Part shown: one piece after another, positions 51,901 through 62,876 of the stretch
How positions within the stretch are numbered: the first letter of the stretch is position 1
Layout of the letters: each line of letters opens with the position of its first letter
Assembly: GCF_009834535.1 (NCBI RefSeq)
Contig: NC_045697.1
Location: 87,174,001 to 87,238,000 of the forward strand
Direction: 5' to 3'
Length of the DNA stretch: 64,000 nucleotides
From: Camelus ferus
Taxonomy: Eukaryota
Notes under the pieces: model-generated
What the model was told of the DNA's origin: nothing
What the model saw: the letters and a program-made list of their open reading frames with translations, nothing else
The model's database searches: none
Translations under genes and position numbers: made by a program

Positions 51901-54243
51901 AATGTTTGCTTGTTTTTTGTTGTTGTTGTTGAGAGGTGATTAGGCTAGTTTGTTTGTTTATTCCTTTAGTGGCGGTAACTGGGGATTGAACCCAGGACCT
52001 TGTGTATGCTAAGCACGCACTCTACCACTGAGCTATACTCTGTGCCTCTTTTCTTTTTGTTCTCTTCTCTTGTAGTTTGATGACTACAGAGTTACATTTG
52101 GGTTCCTCTTCTTTTTTTGTGTGTATATCTATTATAGATTTTTGGTTTTGCAGTTATGGGTGTGTGTGTGATTGTTTTAAGTTGCTGTCTTAATTTCAAA
52201 TGCATTTTAGATACCCTGCATTTGTACCCTCCTCCCCTCACAATTACTTTTCTTGTTTTTAGTTGTGGCCTTTTTTACCTGGAGAAGTCCCTTTAACATT
52301 CGTTGTAAAGCTGGTTTGATGGTGCTTAATTCTTTCAGCTTTTGCTTATCTGTGAAGCTTTTGATTTCTCCATCAAATCTGAATGAGAGCCTTGCTGGGT
52401 AGGGTATTCTTGGTTGTAGGTTTCTCCCTCTCATCACTTTAAATATATCATGCCATTTCCTTCTGGCCTGTAGAGTTTCTGCTGAAAAATCAGTGGATAA
52501 CTTTATGGAGTTCCCTTGTATGTTATTTGTTGGTTTTCTCTTGCTAATTTTAGTGCTTTATCCTTATCTTTAATTTTTTTCAATTTGATTACTATGTGCC
52601 TCAGTGTATTCCTCTTTGAGTTAATCCTGTGTGGGACTTTCTGCACTTCCTGAACTTGGGTGACTGTTTCCTTCCCCAAGTTAGGGAAGTTTTCAGCTGT
52701 AATCTCTTCAAAATTACAGAGGTCCTTTTCTCTCTCTTTGCTTTCTGGGACCTCTGTAATTAGTGCGCTTCATGTTGTCTCAGAGTTCTCTTAAACTATC
52801 CTTATTTCTTTTCATTCTTTTTGTTTTTTCTGTTCATCGATAGTGATTTTCACTGCTCTGTCTTGTAGCTCACTGATCCATTCTTCTGCCTCATTTAATC
52901 AGTCTTGGTTCCTTCTAGTGTATTAGTCATTTTGGAAATTGTATTCTTCAACTCTTTTTGGGTATTCTTTATATTTCCAACTCTTTGCTAAAAACTTTGC
53001 TCTGTACATCTATTCTCCTCCCAAGTTTTCTGATCATCTTCACAGTTATTACTCTAAAGTCTTTCTGAGGTAGATTGCCTATCTTTTCATCACTTATCTC
53101 GTCTTCCAGGATTTTATCTTGTACCTTTGCCTGGAACATATTCTTCTGCTGCCTCACTTTGTCTAAATTCCTCTTTGTATTTTTTTATATAGGTTAGTTA
53201 AGTTTCTTGACCTTGGAGAAATGGCCCTCTGTATGAGGTGTCCTGTGTGTCCCAGCAGTGCATTCCCCTCTTGTCACCCAAGGGCCAGGGTCCAGCTGGT
53301 CCTAGTGTAGAGTCTGGCCTGCGTTTGCAGACTCCTTCCACAGGCTGTTGGATTGCTGTTTTCTTCTGATATCTGTCCACTGGTGGGTGAGGCTCGACTA
53401 GAGGCTTGTGCAGGTTTCCTGGCAGAAAGAGTTGGCGCCTGCCTGCTGCTGGGTAGAGCTTGGTCCTGGCCCCCTGGTGGACAAAGTAGTGTCTAGGGGC
53501 ATGTCTAGAGGCAGCTATGGGCTCAGGAAGTCTTCCAGTGGGTTGGGTTGCATTCCTACACAGTATGTTGTTTGGCCTAAGGCTTCCCAGCACTTAAGCT
53601 GGAGCTAGGTCTTGGAGCAGTTGACCCAAGCAAGATGTCAGCCTCCAGGAAGGTTCATGTACATGAATACTCCCTGAATGTCCACCACTAACTTTTACAT
53701 CCCTAGGGTGAGCCACAGCTGCCCTCTACTTCCCCAAGAGACCTTCCAAAACCAGCAGGAAAGTCTGACCCAGGTTCCTATGGAATCACTGCCTCTACCC
53801 TTGGTCCTGGTGCAGGCAAGATTCTGTGTATGCTTCCCAAGAGAGTGAAGTCTCTATTTCCCCAATTCCCGTGGAGCTCCCACAGTTAAGCCCCACTGGC
53901 CTTCAAAACCAGATATTCAGGGGTCTCCTTCTCCCAGTGCCAGAACCCTAGTCTGGGGAGCCTGATGTAGGGTTTGGACCCTCACTTCTATGGGAGAGAC
54001 TGCAATTTAGTCTCCAGCTTATGGGTCACCTACCAGTGGGGGTATGGGGCCCGATTATATCGCAAGCACACCCTCTTACTGTCCTGCTGTGGTTCCGTCT
54101 TTATGTTTGCAGTTGAAGAAAATCTTTTTTTTGCTAGGTTCCAATCTTCTTTTCAATGGTTGTTTAGTACTCAGTTGTGGTTTTGTTGTAGTCATGAGAG
54201 GAGGGGAGCTTGTGGTCCTACTACTCCATCTTGACCAGGAATC
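48980..54243 (-). mobile_element. Near full-length L1 (5'UTR, ORF1, ORF2 endonuclease, C-terminus, 3'UTR) with an internal deletion of the RT region and a nested SINE
   Basis: ORF1 peptides (LQPRIPYPARLSFRFDGEIKSFTDKQKL), APE endonuclease (ITLNVNRLN..CLQETY..GHYIM..VNIYAP), GC-richer 5'UTR at about 53.2-54.2 kb. TSD catatggtggct (48968-48979) / catatggtgact (54244-54255). Confidence 0.97.
51893..52046 (-). mobile_element. tRNA-derived SINE (Vic-1-like) nested in the L1 inter-ORF region
   Basis: ggggattgaacccaggaccttgtgtatgctaagcacgcactctaccactgagctatac, closely similar to the SINE at 15.5 kb. Confidence 0.9.
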
Positions 54244-54784
54244 CATATGGTGACTCTTAACCAAGCTGACAAAGTAAAAGAAAAGCATGAATACTTTACA
54301 CACTTCTCTCATCACTAAGGCACTATGCCAGTTAGTCAAATAAAAAATAAATATGTCAAACCAATTTGTTTTATATAGAGAAGACATGATCTAAGATACT
54401 CCCTTTTCTCACAGTTATTTGCTGTCCTGAGAACCCAATCTGAATCATGTTGAAGCTAATTTATAAGATATACAGCAAAATTTATCACAAATATGAAGCT
54501 CCATAAGGTCAGTGTTACAAATTTCAAATTTAGGTTTTTCTAGACTTTCATTAAATCTCAGATTCAATTAAAAGTTAATACTTTTGGATGGAAGAATCTC
54601 AGTAGTAGATGTTTCAAAATACAGTGCACATAGAGGGATTATCAGTTTATGTATGTGCAGATATATACAGTTATGTTTTTAAAATCTAGATTACAAAACT
54701 GATATAAAATTCAAGTTTAACAACGTATCTTATTAAGATAAGAATCTTAATCCTCCATGAAAAGCAAAGCAAAACAAAACAAAG

Positions 54785-54938
54785 CCCGGATAACAGGTTT
54801 CTTTTGGTGGTGATCTACAAGGTATTAGAGAGATGATTTCCCTCTTGTTTTGCTGTCTCTGTGTCCCTCAGTCATCATACATAGACCATCACTCCAATAA
54901 CTCTTCCTGTCAGTGTAGGTGGCGACAGCCAGTCTGAC
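54785..54938 (-). pseudogene. Fossil exon (donor uncertain)
   Basis: gtttcttttcag|GT, phase 1 matching the upstream exon; GQTGCRHLH*QEELLE*WSMYDD*GTQRQQNKREIISLIPCRSPPKETCY, all three stops TGA. Confidence 0.6.
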
Positions 54939-55086
54939 CTGAAAAGAAACCAACACTCCTTCCCAACCTGGAAATGTTGGTAATTTATTTCACCACCCCG
55001 CACTCCCTGTAACAACCCCTGTCCTCCCCCCTTCTCACCCCACCTCCCACAAAAAGCAGGCTTTGTTTATTTAAAATAAAGAATAC

Positions 55087-55486
55087 CTCTTTCAGGAATA
55101 AGCTGATTGGATTCTTCAAGTACTAATCGACTTAACAGGGTTTTCCTGAGCATTTCACACAAAAAGAAAAGGCATATTATTTCCCACATTAGCCCATTAC
55201 TTGTAAACTTCAAAGAGTTTCTTATGGTGGATGTTTTAATATGAATTGTTTTACTTGCTGTTTGTTGGTCAGATATAACTAGATGCAGAGATTGGATGAG
55301 GAAAAGTAAAATTACTGAAGCATACTTCTGAGACTCCCCAGATTTGTTACTATTTAATAGTATTAGGAACAAAGTCACTGTAATTTCCATTCCCAGCCCT
55401 ATGTGTAGTGTTAGAAATATTCTTGTCATGGTTTCTTTACTATTTATAGGTTTATAGGAGCCATGTTTCTGGCAATCCAAAACTCT
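55087..55486 (-). pseudogene. Fossil exon, 400 bp, phase 0-1
   Basis: Coincides with the stop-free ORF 55067-55480; acceptor in tttaagag, donor AG|gtattc. Confidence 0.6.
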
Positions 55487-55562
55487 CTCTTAAACATAAA
55501 ACATTGAATAAAATGAGTTCAAAAGCTTATTAATACTATTAGGCAAAAATGCTGTCCATTAC

Positions 55563-55703
55563 TTTCAAGAAGGTGATGTCATCAGTATTAACAGTGGCAC
55601 TTGCTTTAAAAGAATAAGTATCCTACTTCTGTTTTTCATTAGAAATATAAGCAAGAGTACTAGCAAAGTCTTTATTGCAATATCAGTCATTTGAAAGAGT
55701 TGT
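55563..55703 (-). pseudogene. Fossil exon, 141 bp, phase 0-0
   Basis: ggttttag|ACA ... AAA|gtaatg; TTLSND*YCNKDFASTLAYISNEKQK*DTYSFKASATVNTDDITFLK. Confidence 0.65.
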
Positions 55704-56199
55704 CTAAAACCATTAGATTTACACACTTTATATTGGCCATGCCTAAGTTTATTATAAGTAGTCAAATACATTTAAAGTAAATATTACATCCCACCAATTC
55801 AGTCAATACAGCAATTTAAGGGGACATTTGTTCTCTTATTTTAGACAATGTTAGTTCAAATAATATGACTAACTATTAATGCTTATTATATCTTTTTCCC
55901 TACTCATCCCTAATACTCATTTCTCTTACTTCTTAAATCCACCCCTTGGTTAAGAGAACATAGACATTTGAATGTAACAGTTTCTGTAAAGACAAATAAG
56001 ATGAAAAAGGGAATATATATTAAATTCATTAGGCTCATTTACTATGCTCACTAGTTTCACTCTAATTTATTTTTTATAAGTGTATATACTTTACTTTCAT
56101 GGATGTATTAAGAAGCAGGTGTTAACTTATATAAGATTCAAAGTGTTAACTCTGTTAAGAGTTTTTGAATGCTGAATTGCAAATTTTATTTAAATAAGA

Positions 56200-57083
56200 T
56201 TAACAATAGAAACTCTGGGATCTTGAAGCCTCCCCCCATTAAGAGGATAATAGAAACCAAGTTGAAGGTATCCAGCAGCTCAGAGCCTCCTCCCTACATC
56301 ATGGGCCCAGTTTGCTTGGCGTTGTGGTGTATGTGTGTCTCTCTATATGTCTATGTATGTATGTACGTATACATTTGTTTTGCTAGAGTGTTCTGCTCTC
56401 CTTTAGGTCTCTGCCTCCCTGGCTGTATTTATGCTTCTGAATTTCTGTCTTAGTTAGACATCATTAATTGAAGCTAGGAGTTTACACAACACTAAAAATC
56501 ACCACAAAGTAGGATCTTTAAAAGCCACAACAGCCTCCTAGGACTTCCTAGGACTGGGTCATTTCTCCCACCTGAGATTGGTATGTGATAAAATTGACTC
56601 GCATTTTAAAATATATTTTCTGTTACTTATTATAAAATAAGACCGGGGTGGGAGAAGGAGGCAGATTAGGGGATGTGTTGACATTTGTGGGGAGTAGATC
56701 TAGTACATGAGGGATGAACTGGAATTCTGGGACAGACTGGTAGTCTGTCATAATAACATAGATGAAGGGCAACATGGAATTTGTACTGGTAGATTTAAGG
56801 CAGATTTTAGGCATGTTACTGTGAATGGTGGGAGAAGGAAGGTATTTGGGGCTTCCTTTTGAACCCATTTATGAAAGCTTAATGATATAGGGAAGTGCAG
56901 CTCAGCCCCAGTATACAGAGCTCACGCTTAACTTCTCCAGAGGAGGGTGGATACCTCCATGTCAGCACTACTCTTCTTATAGGTCAGGGCTGCTCCTTGA
57001 CACCTGTAGGCTGAGACATTCTGGGTAGTAGTAGATGACGGGTATATAGGTGGAGATATCGGGTCTGGTTAGGTGTATGAGAC
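56200..57083. mobile_element. Possible old LTR relic
   Basis: GC-richer island in AT-rich sequence ending in ...gtatgagaca (TGT on the minus strand). Family not assigned and boundaries approximate. Confidence 0.3.
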
Positions 57084-57515
57084 AGATATAAATTCTGATC
57101 TCTCCCGACATCAAATATGAAATATTGTTAGTGTTTATATTATACAAAAGGACTTTTAAACAAACTGAACTTGGAGAATTTAGATGACCCACAGAGTCCA
57201 GTAATTTTCAGAATCAGTGATAACACATTGTTTTGAATTTATGAAAGGAATTACAGTGGTAATATAGGAGACAAATATAGCTCTAAATAGATAATGTCAC
57301 ATTAGTTTTTCTAGATTAAAAATTTAAATTTGTCATACTATAAGCACTAGCTGTAATAAATTATGGAATCTTCTCAATGATATACCCAGATTTCTAATGT
57401 TTTATCTGTTGTCTTTCCTACAAATCCAAGGCTACTTATAGATCTGCTAATCCTTACAACAGAGTGTATAAAATGTCTGCCTTTATGTGGTCCTTTCTTT
57501 GCATAGAATATTTAC

Positions 57516-57648
57516 CTGAACCAAGGTTTGACTTTCTTCTGGACTAATATATCCATTTACCATGGTTCCAAGGGAGTGAAAAGTATTTTTAGATTCCTTA
57601 GAACTACTTTTGTTAATCCTGTTCTTACATCTCTCTCTTTCTCTTTCT
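57516..57648 (-). pseudogene. Fossil exon, 133 bp, phase 2-0
   Basis: Donor CAG|gtaaat; fully open ERERERCKNRINKSSSKESKNTFHSLGTMVNGYISPEESQTLVQ. Confidence 0.65.
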
Positions 57649-57809
57649 CTTATATGTAGAACAAGACCTTAATTTTTCTGTTTTCCAAATTTTGAAGTGA
57701 GAGATATGCAGCAGTTCACATGTTATGATTACTTCAGAGATGAACTTAAATTCACAGGGCTTTAGTATTCACCAACCCTAAATAAAATGAGTAAGTAAAA
57801 CACCAACAC

Positions 57810-58359
57810 CGATTATTCTCTTCCAAAGGAAAGACCACATCCTGTGTATTAATTCATTTTCTAACATAGCCTTTTCAAATGGTGCTGAGAATTATGAGAG
57901 GAGTCACATTTATTTTCTGCACTCTTCCTATACTGTACATCATCTTGAAAGCTCAAGGGAGTGTTGTATTCAGAACAACAATCTGCATTGTTGTTCTGTG
58001 CGTACTGATAACATACTGTTAACAGAGCTGTGGGTGCTTGAGGGGCTGATGCATATGTAATGTTAAAACATCTCTTTGAAAACTTGCATTTGCCCACGGT
58101 TTCCCAGTTGGGAATCTTCCTGTGCATACCGTGAGCTTGGCCCTTGGTTTTCTCTGCTCATGGTTTGGAGTGCCTCCTCTCATTGTTTGAATTTGGTTGC
58201 ACTGAAAAAGCAAGCCTGTTACTTCATTGTAAAAAGAAAGTGCTTGTCCAAGCACGTTGCTTGTTGGCAGTTTAGAGGCTGCTCATTTGCTGTCTGGAAC
58301 TTGGACAACTTTTTAACCTCTCCAAGGCAAGGTAGCTGTGACAAGGTGTCAGTTACTTT
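57810..58359 (-). pseudogene. Large fossil exon (donor uncertain)
   Basis: tttactttttag|AAA GTA; KVTDTLSQLPCLGEVKKLSKFQTANEQPLN..., followed by overlapping ORFs 58019-58255 and 57861-58127 in shifted frames. Confidence 0.55.
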
Positions 58360-59032
58360 CTAAAAAGTAAATAAATCACAGGCTTCGAGTTTCAGTGTAA
58401 TAATAAAGATCCAGTGTCCTCATATGAGTTTCTCATTTCTTGATTTTGAATCATATTTTTTGCAGTGAATCCTCCACATTCAAAGTAAAACTTTAAAAAA
58501 GCACTTTTAAAAAACTTTGAAAAAGTTTAGAGAGCCCTACACCATGAGAGGAAGATTTTTAAGAATTCGCAATGAAAGAACAATGAGTTAGCTCTGATAA
58601 AATGAAGAACCAAAAATATTAAAGATATATTTGAAATTTAATCTTTCTTTGCCTATTTTCTTTATCAAATCAGGAAATACCAGGATAGCTGAAGTGTGTA
58701 TTGAGAGAGTGACTTTAAATGTTTAAAATATTTTGTAAGCCAGTTAATCACTTGCTGTAAGTTCACCTAAGAGTTACAGTTTTCCATGAGTAATTCTAAA
58801 CTTACTCTATAGAACAGTACGTAGAAATTGACAGATACAGAATAGAAGTCTTTATGGTTTAACTCTGTTGATTGACTAATATCAGTCTACATTTGCCAGG
58901 CTCCACTCCAAAACCATAAATTGTACTTTTTTAGAAAGGCAATAAAAACAATCATTCATTATATAAAGAGACTCTTTGGTTTATAACAAAATGGTCTGCA
59001 AATATATGAAGCTTGAATTTGCTGATTTTTAC

Positions 59033-59162
59033 CAAGCTTCTTCAAGTATGTGTCGTAGAGGAAGTGGATCTTGCTGAGCAAAAATTTTGTGCCAGTTTTA
59101 GTCTCATTTGTTCTTATAACCTCCAAAACTATTGGTAGAGTTAATCCTGAGTTACAAATTAT
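59033..59162 (-). pseudogene. Fossil exon, 130 bp
   Basis: ttcattctttttag|ATA ... TTG|gtaaaa; length fits a phase 2-0 chain but the frame is ambiguous. Confidence 0.5.
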
Positions 59163-59285
59163 CTAAAAAGAATGAATAAGAATATATGATATAATAATAA
59201 TAATAACAACAATAACATGCATAAATTAGATGAAAGTAAAAAGGACTTTTACAGCTGATTGAACATCCATTAGGATTACTAAAAC

Positions 59286-59467
59286 CTTTTCCAGAGAGAA
59301 GTGATATAAATGACTGGTTGCCAGAGTTACTGGTGCTTTATTTCATTTCTACTTAGCGCATCTTCAAATTTATTTTTAGTATATCTTGCTTTTAGTAAAA
59401 TTTTATGCTAAGTTAATATTCTGGAGATGATATTATGTCAGGATGCCATATTGCATTTTGTTTTTCA
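59286..59467 (-). pseudogene. Fossil exon, 182 bp, phase 0-2
   Basis: tctttcttaaacag|TGA ... AAG|gtttta; *KTKCNMAS*HNIISRILT*HKILLKARYTKNKFEDALSRNEIKHQ*LWQPVIYITSLWK. Confidence 0.5.
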
Positions 59468-59995
59468 CTGTTTAAGAAAGATATGCTAGTAATACTTCAG
59501 AGCATTGGTCTCTAAACTTTTTTATTGTACGTTCCTATGAGTACTTTTTAGTATCAACCACCAATATATGCTTATTTGTTCATAAATATATACAGCTATA
59601 TATATATATATATATTATACAGCATATTAAAAACATATAAACATGGAAATTTTAAAAGATGAGATTTTGTCTTAAATATCTATTCTAATATCTTAATTTT
59701 ATACCCAGTGCATCATTTTTCTCTTTCCTCTTGTTTTTTAACTTTTTATTAACGTAATTATAGACTCATAGAAAATTGTTAAAAAAAAAACAGTAGTACG
59801 TAGAATCACTTGAACTTTTCATCCACCTCCTTTGAATGGTGACATTTTATATAACTGTAGAACAGTATTAAACTAGGAAATTGTCATGGGTATAATACTG
59901 TTAATTAGACTACAGACCTTATTTAGTCTTCACCAGATTTTATATGCATTCATTTGCATTTGTGCACATGCCTGTGTATACTTGCATGTGGGGTA

Positions 59996-60020
59996 TGTGT
60001 GTGTGTGTGTGTGTGTGTGT
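59996..60020. repeat. (TG)n microsatellite
   Basis: About 12 TG units. Confidence 0.9.
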
Positions 60021-60530
60021 AATTCAGTGCTGTTTGAGCCTATTTATAGATTCATGTAATCACTACTACAGTTAAGATTCGGCATTGTATCTTGGATTAC
60101 CACCAAGAATTCTTTTGTAAACTCCTTTATACTTGAATTCCCCCTACTTCCCTTCATCTCTGTCCTTGGAAAACACAAGTATGTGTCCGTCTGCACAGTT
60201 TTGTCATTTCAGAAATGCCATATAACTGCAGTCATACAGTAAATATGTAAACATTTGAGATTGGCTTTTACCAGTAAGCTTTATTTTCTTGAGATCCATC
60301 CTAGCTGTATGTGTCAGTGGTTGTAACATTTTTATTGCTGAGTAGTGTTCCACATATGGATATATCCAAGTTTGTTTAACTGTTCACTTATCTAGGAATG
60401 TTTAGGTTATTTCCAGTTTGGGGCTCTTATGAATAAAGCTGCTGTGAACATCCATGTAAGATTTTTATGTGAACTGAAGTTTTCATTTCCTTGGAATAAA
60501 TGCCCATGTGTGCAATTTCTGGGCCACATG

Positions 60531-61080
60531 GTATATTAGTTTCCTATTGTTGCTGTAAGAAATTACTACAAGACTAGCAACTTAAATAACACAAATGTAT
60601 TATCTTACAGTTCTGTAGGTTAGAAGTCCAATATGGATCTCGCTGGGCGAAAATCAAGGTGATGGCAGGGCTGCATTTCTTTTTGGAGGTTCTAGGGGAG
60701 AATTTGTTTCCTTGCCTTTACTAGTTCCTCCCAATGTTCCTTGCCTGGTGACCCCTTCCTCCATTTTCAAAGCCTGCAAAGTTGCATCTCTCTGCCTTTC
60801 TTTCATAGTCACATCCTCCTCTGACCAATTCTCTTTTGCCTCTGTCTTCCATTTTTAATCCTTATGTAATGTTATGTGATATAATTCCTTTGATCCACTG
60901 TCCAGTCAGGATTATCCAAGATGATCTCCTATTTTTAATCAACTGATCAGCAACCTTAATTCAATTTGTAACCTTAATTTCTCTTTGACAGGTAAGGTAA
61001 CATATTCTCAGGTTCCAGAGGTTAGGATGTAGACATCTTTGGATTAGCAGAGCAGGGTGTGCACTGTTCTGCCTACTGCA
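60531..61080 (-). mobile_element. MLT1-type MaLR solo LTR
   Basis: tattagtttcctattgttgctgtaagaaattac...tatcttacagttctgtaggttagaagtcca...aaaatcaaggtgatggcagggctg...ttctgcctactgca. Confidence 0.88.
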
Positions 61081-61994
61081 TGTGATCTATTTTTTAAAAC
61101 TGACACATTATTTTCCAGAGTGGTGATACCATTTTATGTTCCCACCAGTAAATATGATAATCCAAGTTTTCTGTATCCTTGCTGGCATTTGGTATTCTGA
61201 TAAGTGTGTAGTGATTTATCAAAGTTTTAATTTGTGTTTCCCTAATGGTTTTAATTTTAGTTTTAATTTGCATTTCCCTAATGGTTAATGGTATTGAACT
61301 TTTTTTCCATGTGCTTATTTGCCCTTAATATCTCTTTTGTGAAATGTCTGTTCATGTCTTTTGCCCATTTTCTATTTGGATTCTTTCTTATTTCACTCTT
61401 ACGTTTTGAGAGTTGTTTCTATATTCTAAATACAAGTTCTTTGTTGGATATGTGGCTTGCAGTATTTTCTCTCTCTGTAAGTTGTCTTTTTATTCTCTTT
61501 AACATGTTCTTTTGCTTATGGGAAACTTTATAAGATCTCATTTTTTGCCTCGAGTGATGCCATTTGCTACAATTATGAATATTTCATTGGATTTTAAAGA
61601 AAACATTTACATGACATAGTAATTATTACTTAATGCTATACTTCAGATAATACTTTGTGTTAATTTGGAGGCATTTAGAGTTGGACCCAGTAATATGCTA
61701 GGACTGCTCTTACCAGTTTGCAAGAGCTTCTATAAATTTTTTCATAAATGTTACAAATCAGTTTTGACACAGTCCGTACCCATGGTGGGATATGAATACC
61801 ATGGAAATTGTCAGTCACTACAAATCAGTGTTCAGAGATGAGGTTTGAACAAAGACTATCTGATTCTGAAGTTCATAGTCTAATCCACACCACTAAACTA
61901 TAATACTTATTACTGCCTGATATTCTGGAAAATTTAAATTCTGAATAAGACAAAATTGATGAAACAAATAAAAATAAAATATCAAAGAAAATAC

Positions 61995-62070
61995 CGAGCA
62001 AATATAATCTGGTGCAGAGAATGCCCTGACTTATTTGTTTATGATATGTATCTCAGTGGGTACTAATTTA
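61995..62070 (-). pseudogene. Fossil exon, 76 bp, phase 2-0
   Basis: tttttcttttcttaaaaag|T ... TCG|gtattt; KLVPTEIHIINK*VRAFSAPDYICS. Confidence 0.55.
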
Positions 62071-62344
62071 CTTTTTAAGAAAAGAAAAATAACCTAAATT
62101 TCTTGATAATTCTTTGCCTAGTTCCAACAATGGTGTGCTGTTAAATATTTAACACCCACCCCTCAAAAAGAAACAATTTAGTAGCTGTTTGATCCTGGAC
62201 AATATCATCTTACATATAAAATTGTGGTAGTGATAATACATACTTCATAAATTATGAAGCTTGTATAAGATGATGTTTATAAAGCATTTAACAGATAATG
62301 ACTCAATAAATGTTAACTGTTAAATCACTGTAATCGTCCTTTAC

Positions 62345-62506
62345 AGGGTAAACTGAACACTTTTTGTAGTCACAGCAAATTTTACCACATGACATTCAGT
62401 AAATTATGTGTGTAACTAAGAACACAGTCACCTCCATATGTTAGTGCAGTTGAAAAGATGAATTAACAGACTATTCATGGGAAAAGTTCATCTTATCAGT
62501 ATGGCA
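62345..62506 (-). pseudogene. Fossil exon, 162 bp, phase 2-2
   Basis: tttttatatccag|T ... CT|gtaaaa; AILIR*TFPMNSLLIHLFNCTNIWR*LCS*LHT*FTECHVVKFAVTTKSVQFT. Confidence 0.55.
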
Positions 62507-62758
62507 CTGGATATAAAAATATAAAAAATTACAAATATATGAATAGAATAGGATAAATAAAATGAATTCCCCATTTACTAAGTACTTACTATATGCTGTT
62601 GAATACCATTCCTTCCTCTTGAGGGAGAAAGCCCTGAGAGGTATAAATAAGATACTTTTCTTAGAAAATAAAATTAAAGAGATAAGATGATTTTAAAATT
62701 ACATGAAGTGAGCTTTTTTTGCAATTAAAATGAAAATGCCTTGTTGATATTAAAATAC

Positions 62759-62876
62759 CGTGTTACTATTTGGGCATTCCCTACCGAACACTGAACATCC
62801 TAGAAAATGAGATGTCCTACTTGAAGACACTAACCAGGAGCCCATTTCCAAAACCCCCCAATCAGTTTCTTAAAAC
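62759..62876 (-). pseudogene. Fossil exon, 118 bp, phase 1-2
   Basis: tttaatag|GT ... CG|gtattt; FKKLIGGFWKWAPG*CLQVGHLIF*DVQCSVGNAQIVT. Confidence 0.55.

Larger units (their letters stand above)
59735..61510 (-). mobile_element. Old L1 3' fragment interrupted by a MaLR LTR
   Basis: Antisense L1 motifs (ttgctgagtagtgttcca, aataaagctgctgtgaacat, ttttgcccattttctattt). Confidence 0.85.
39965..62876 (-). pseudogene. Unprocessed multi-exon pseudogene of an unidentified large protein (about 21 fossil exons); the 5' part probably extends beyond 62.9 kb
   Basis: Series of non-repetitive blocks bounded by AG acceptors and GT donors on the minus strand. Many consecutive junctions are phase-compatible and the translations look protein-like but are broken by stops and frameshifts. 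Confidence 0.75.

Noticed and set aside
53198..54253. GC-richer ORF cluster
   Set aside because: Lies in the L1 5'UTR inside the TSDs
57085..57245. Possible extra minus-strand fossil exon
   Set aside because: No clear splice sites, and the flanking exons already join in phase without it
58076..58363. 95-aa plus-strand ORF
   Set aside because: Better explained as the antisense shadow of the minus-strand fossil exon
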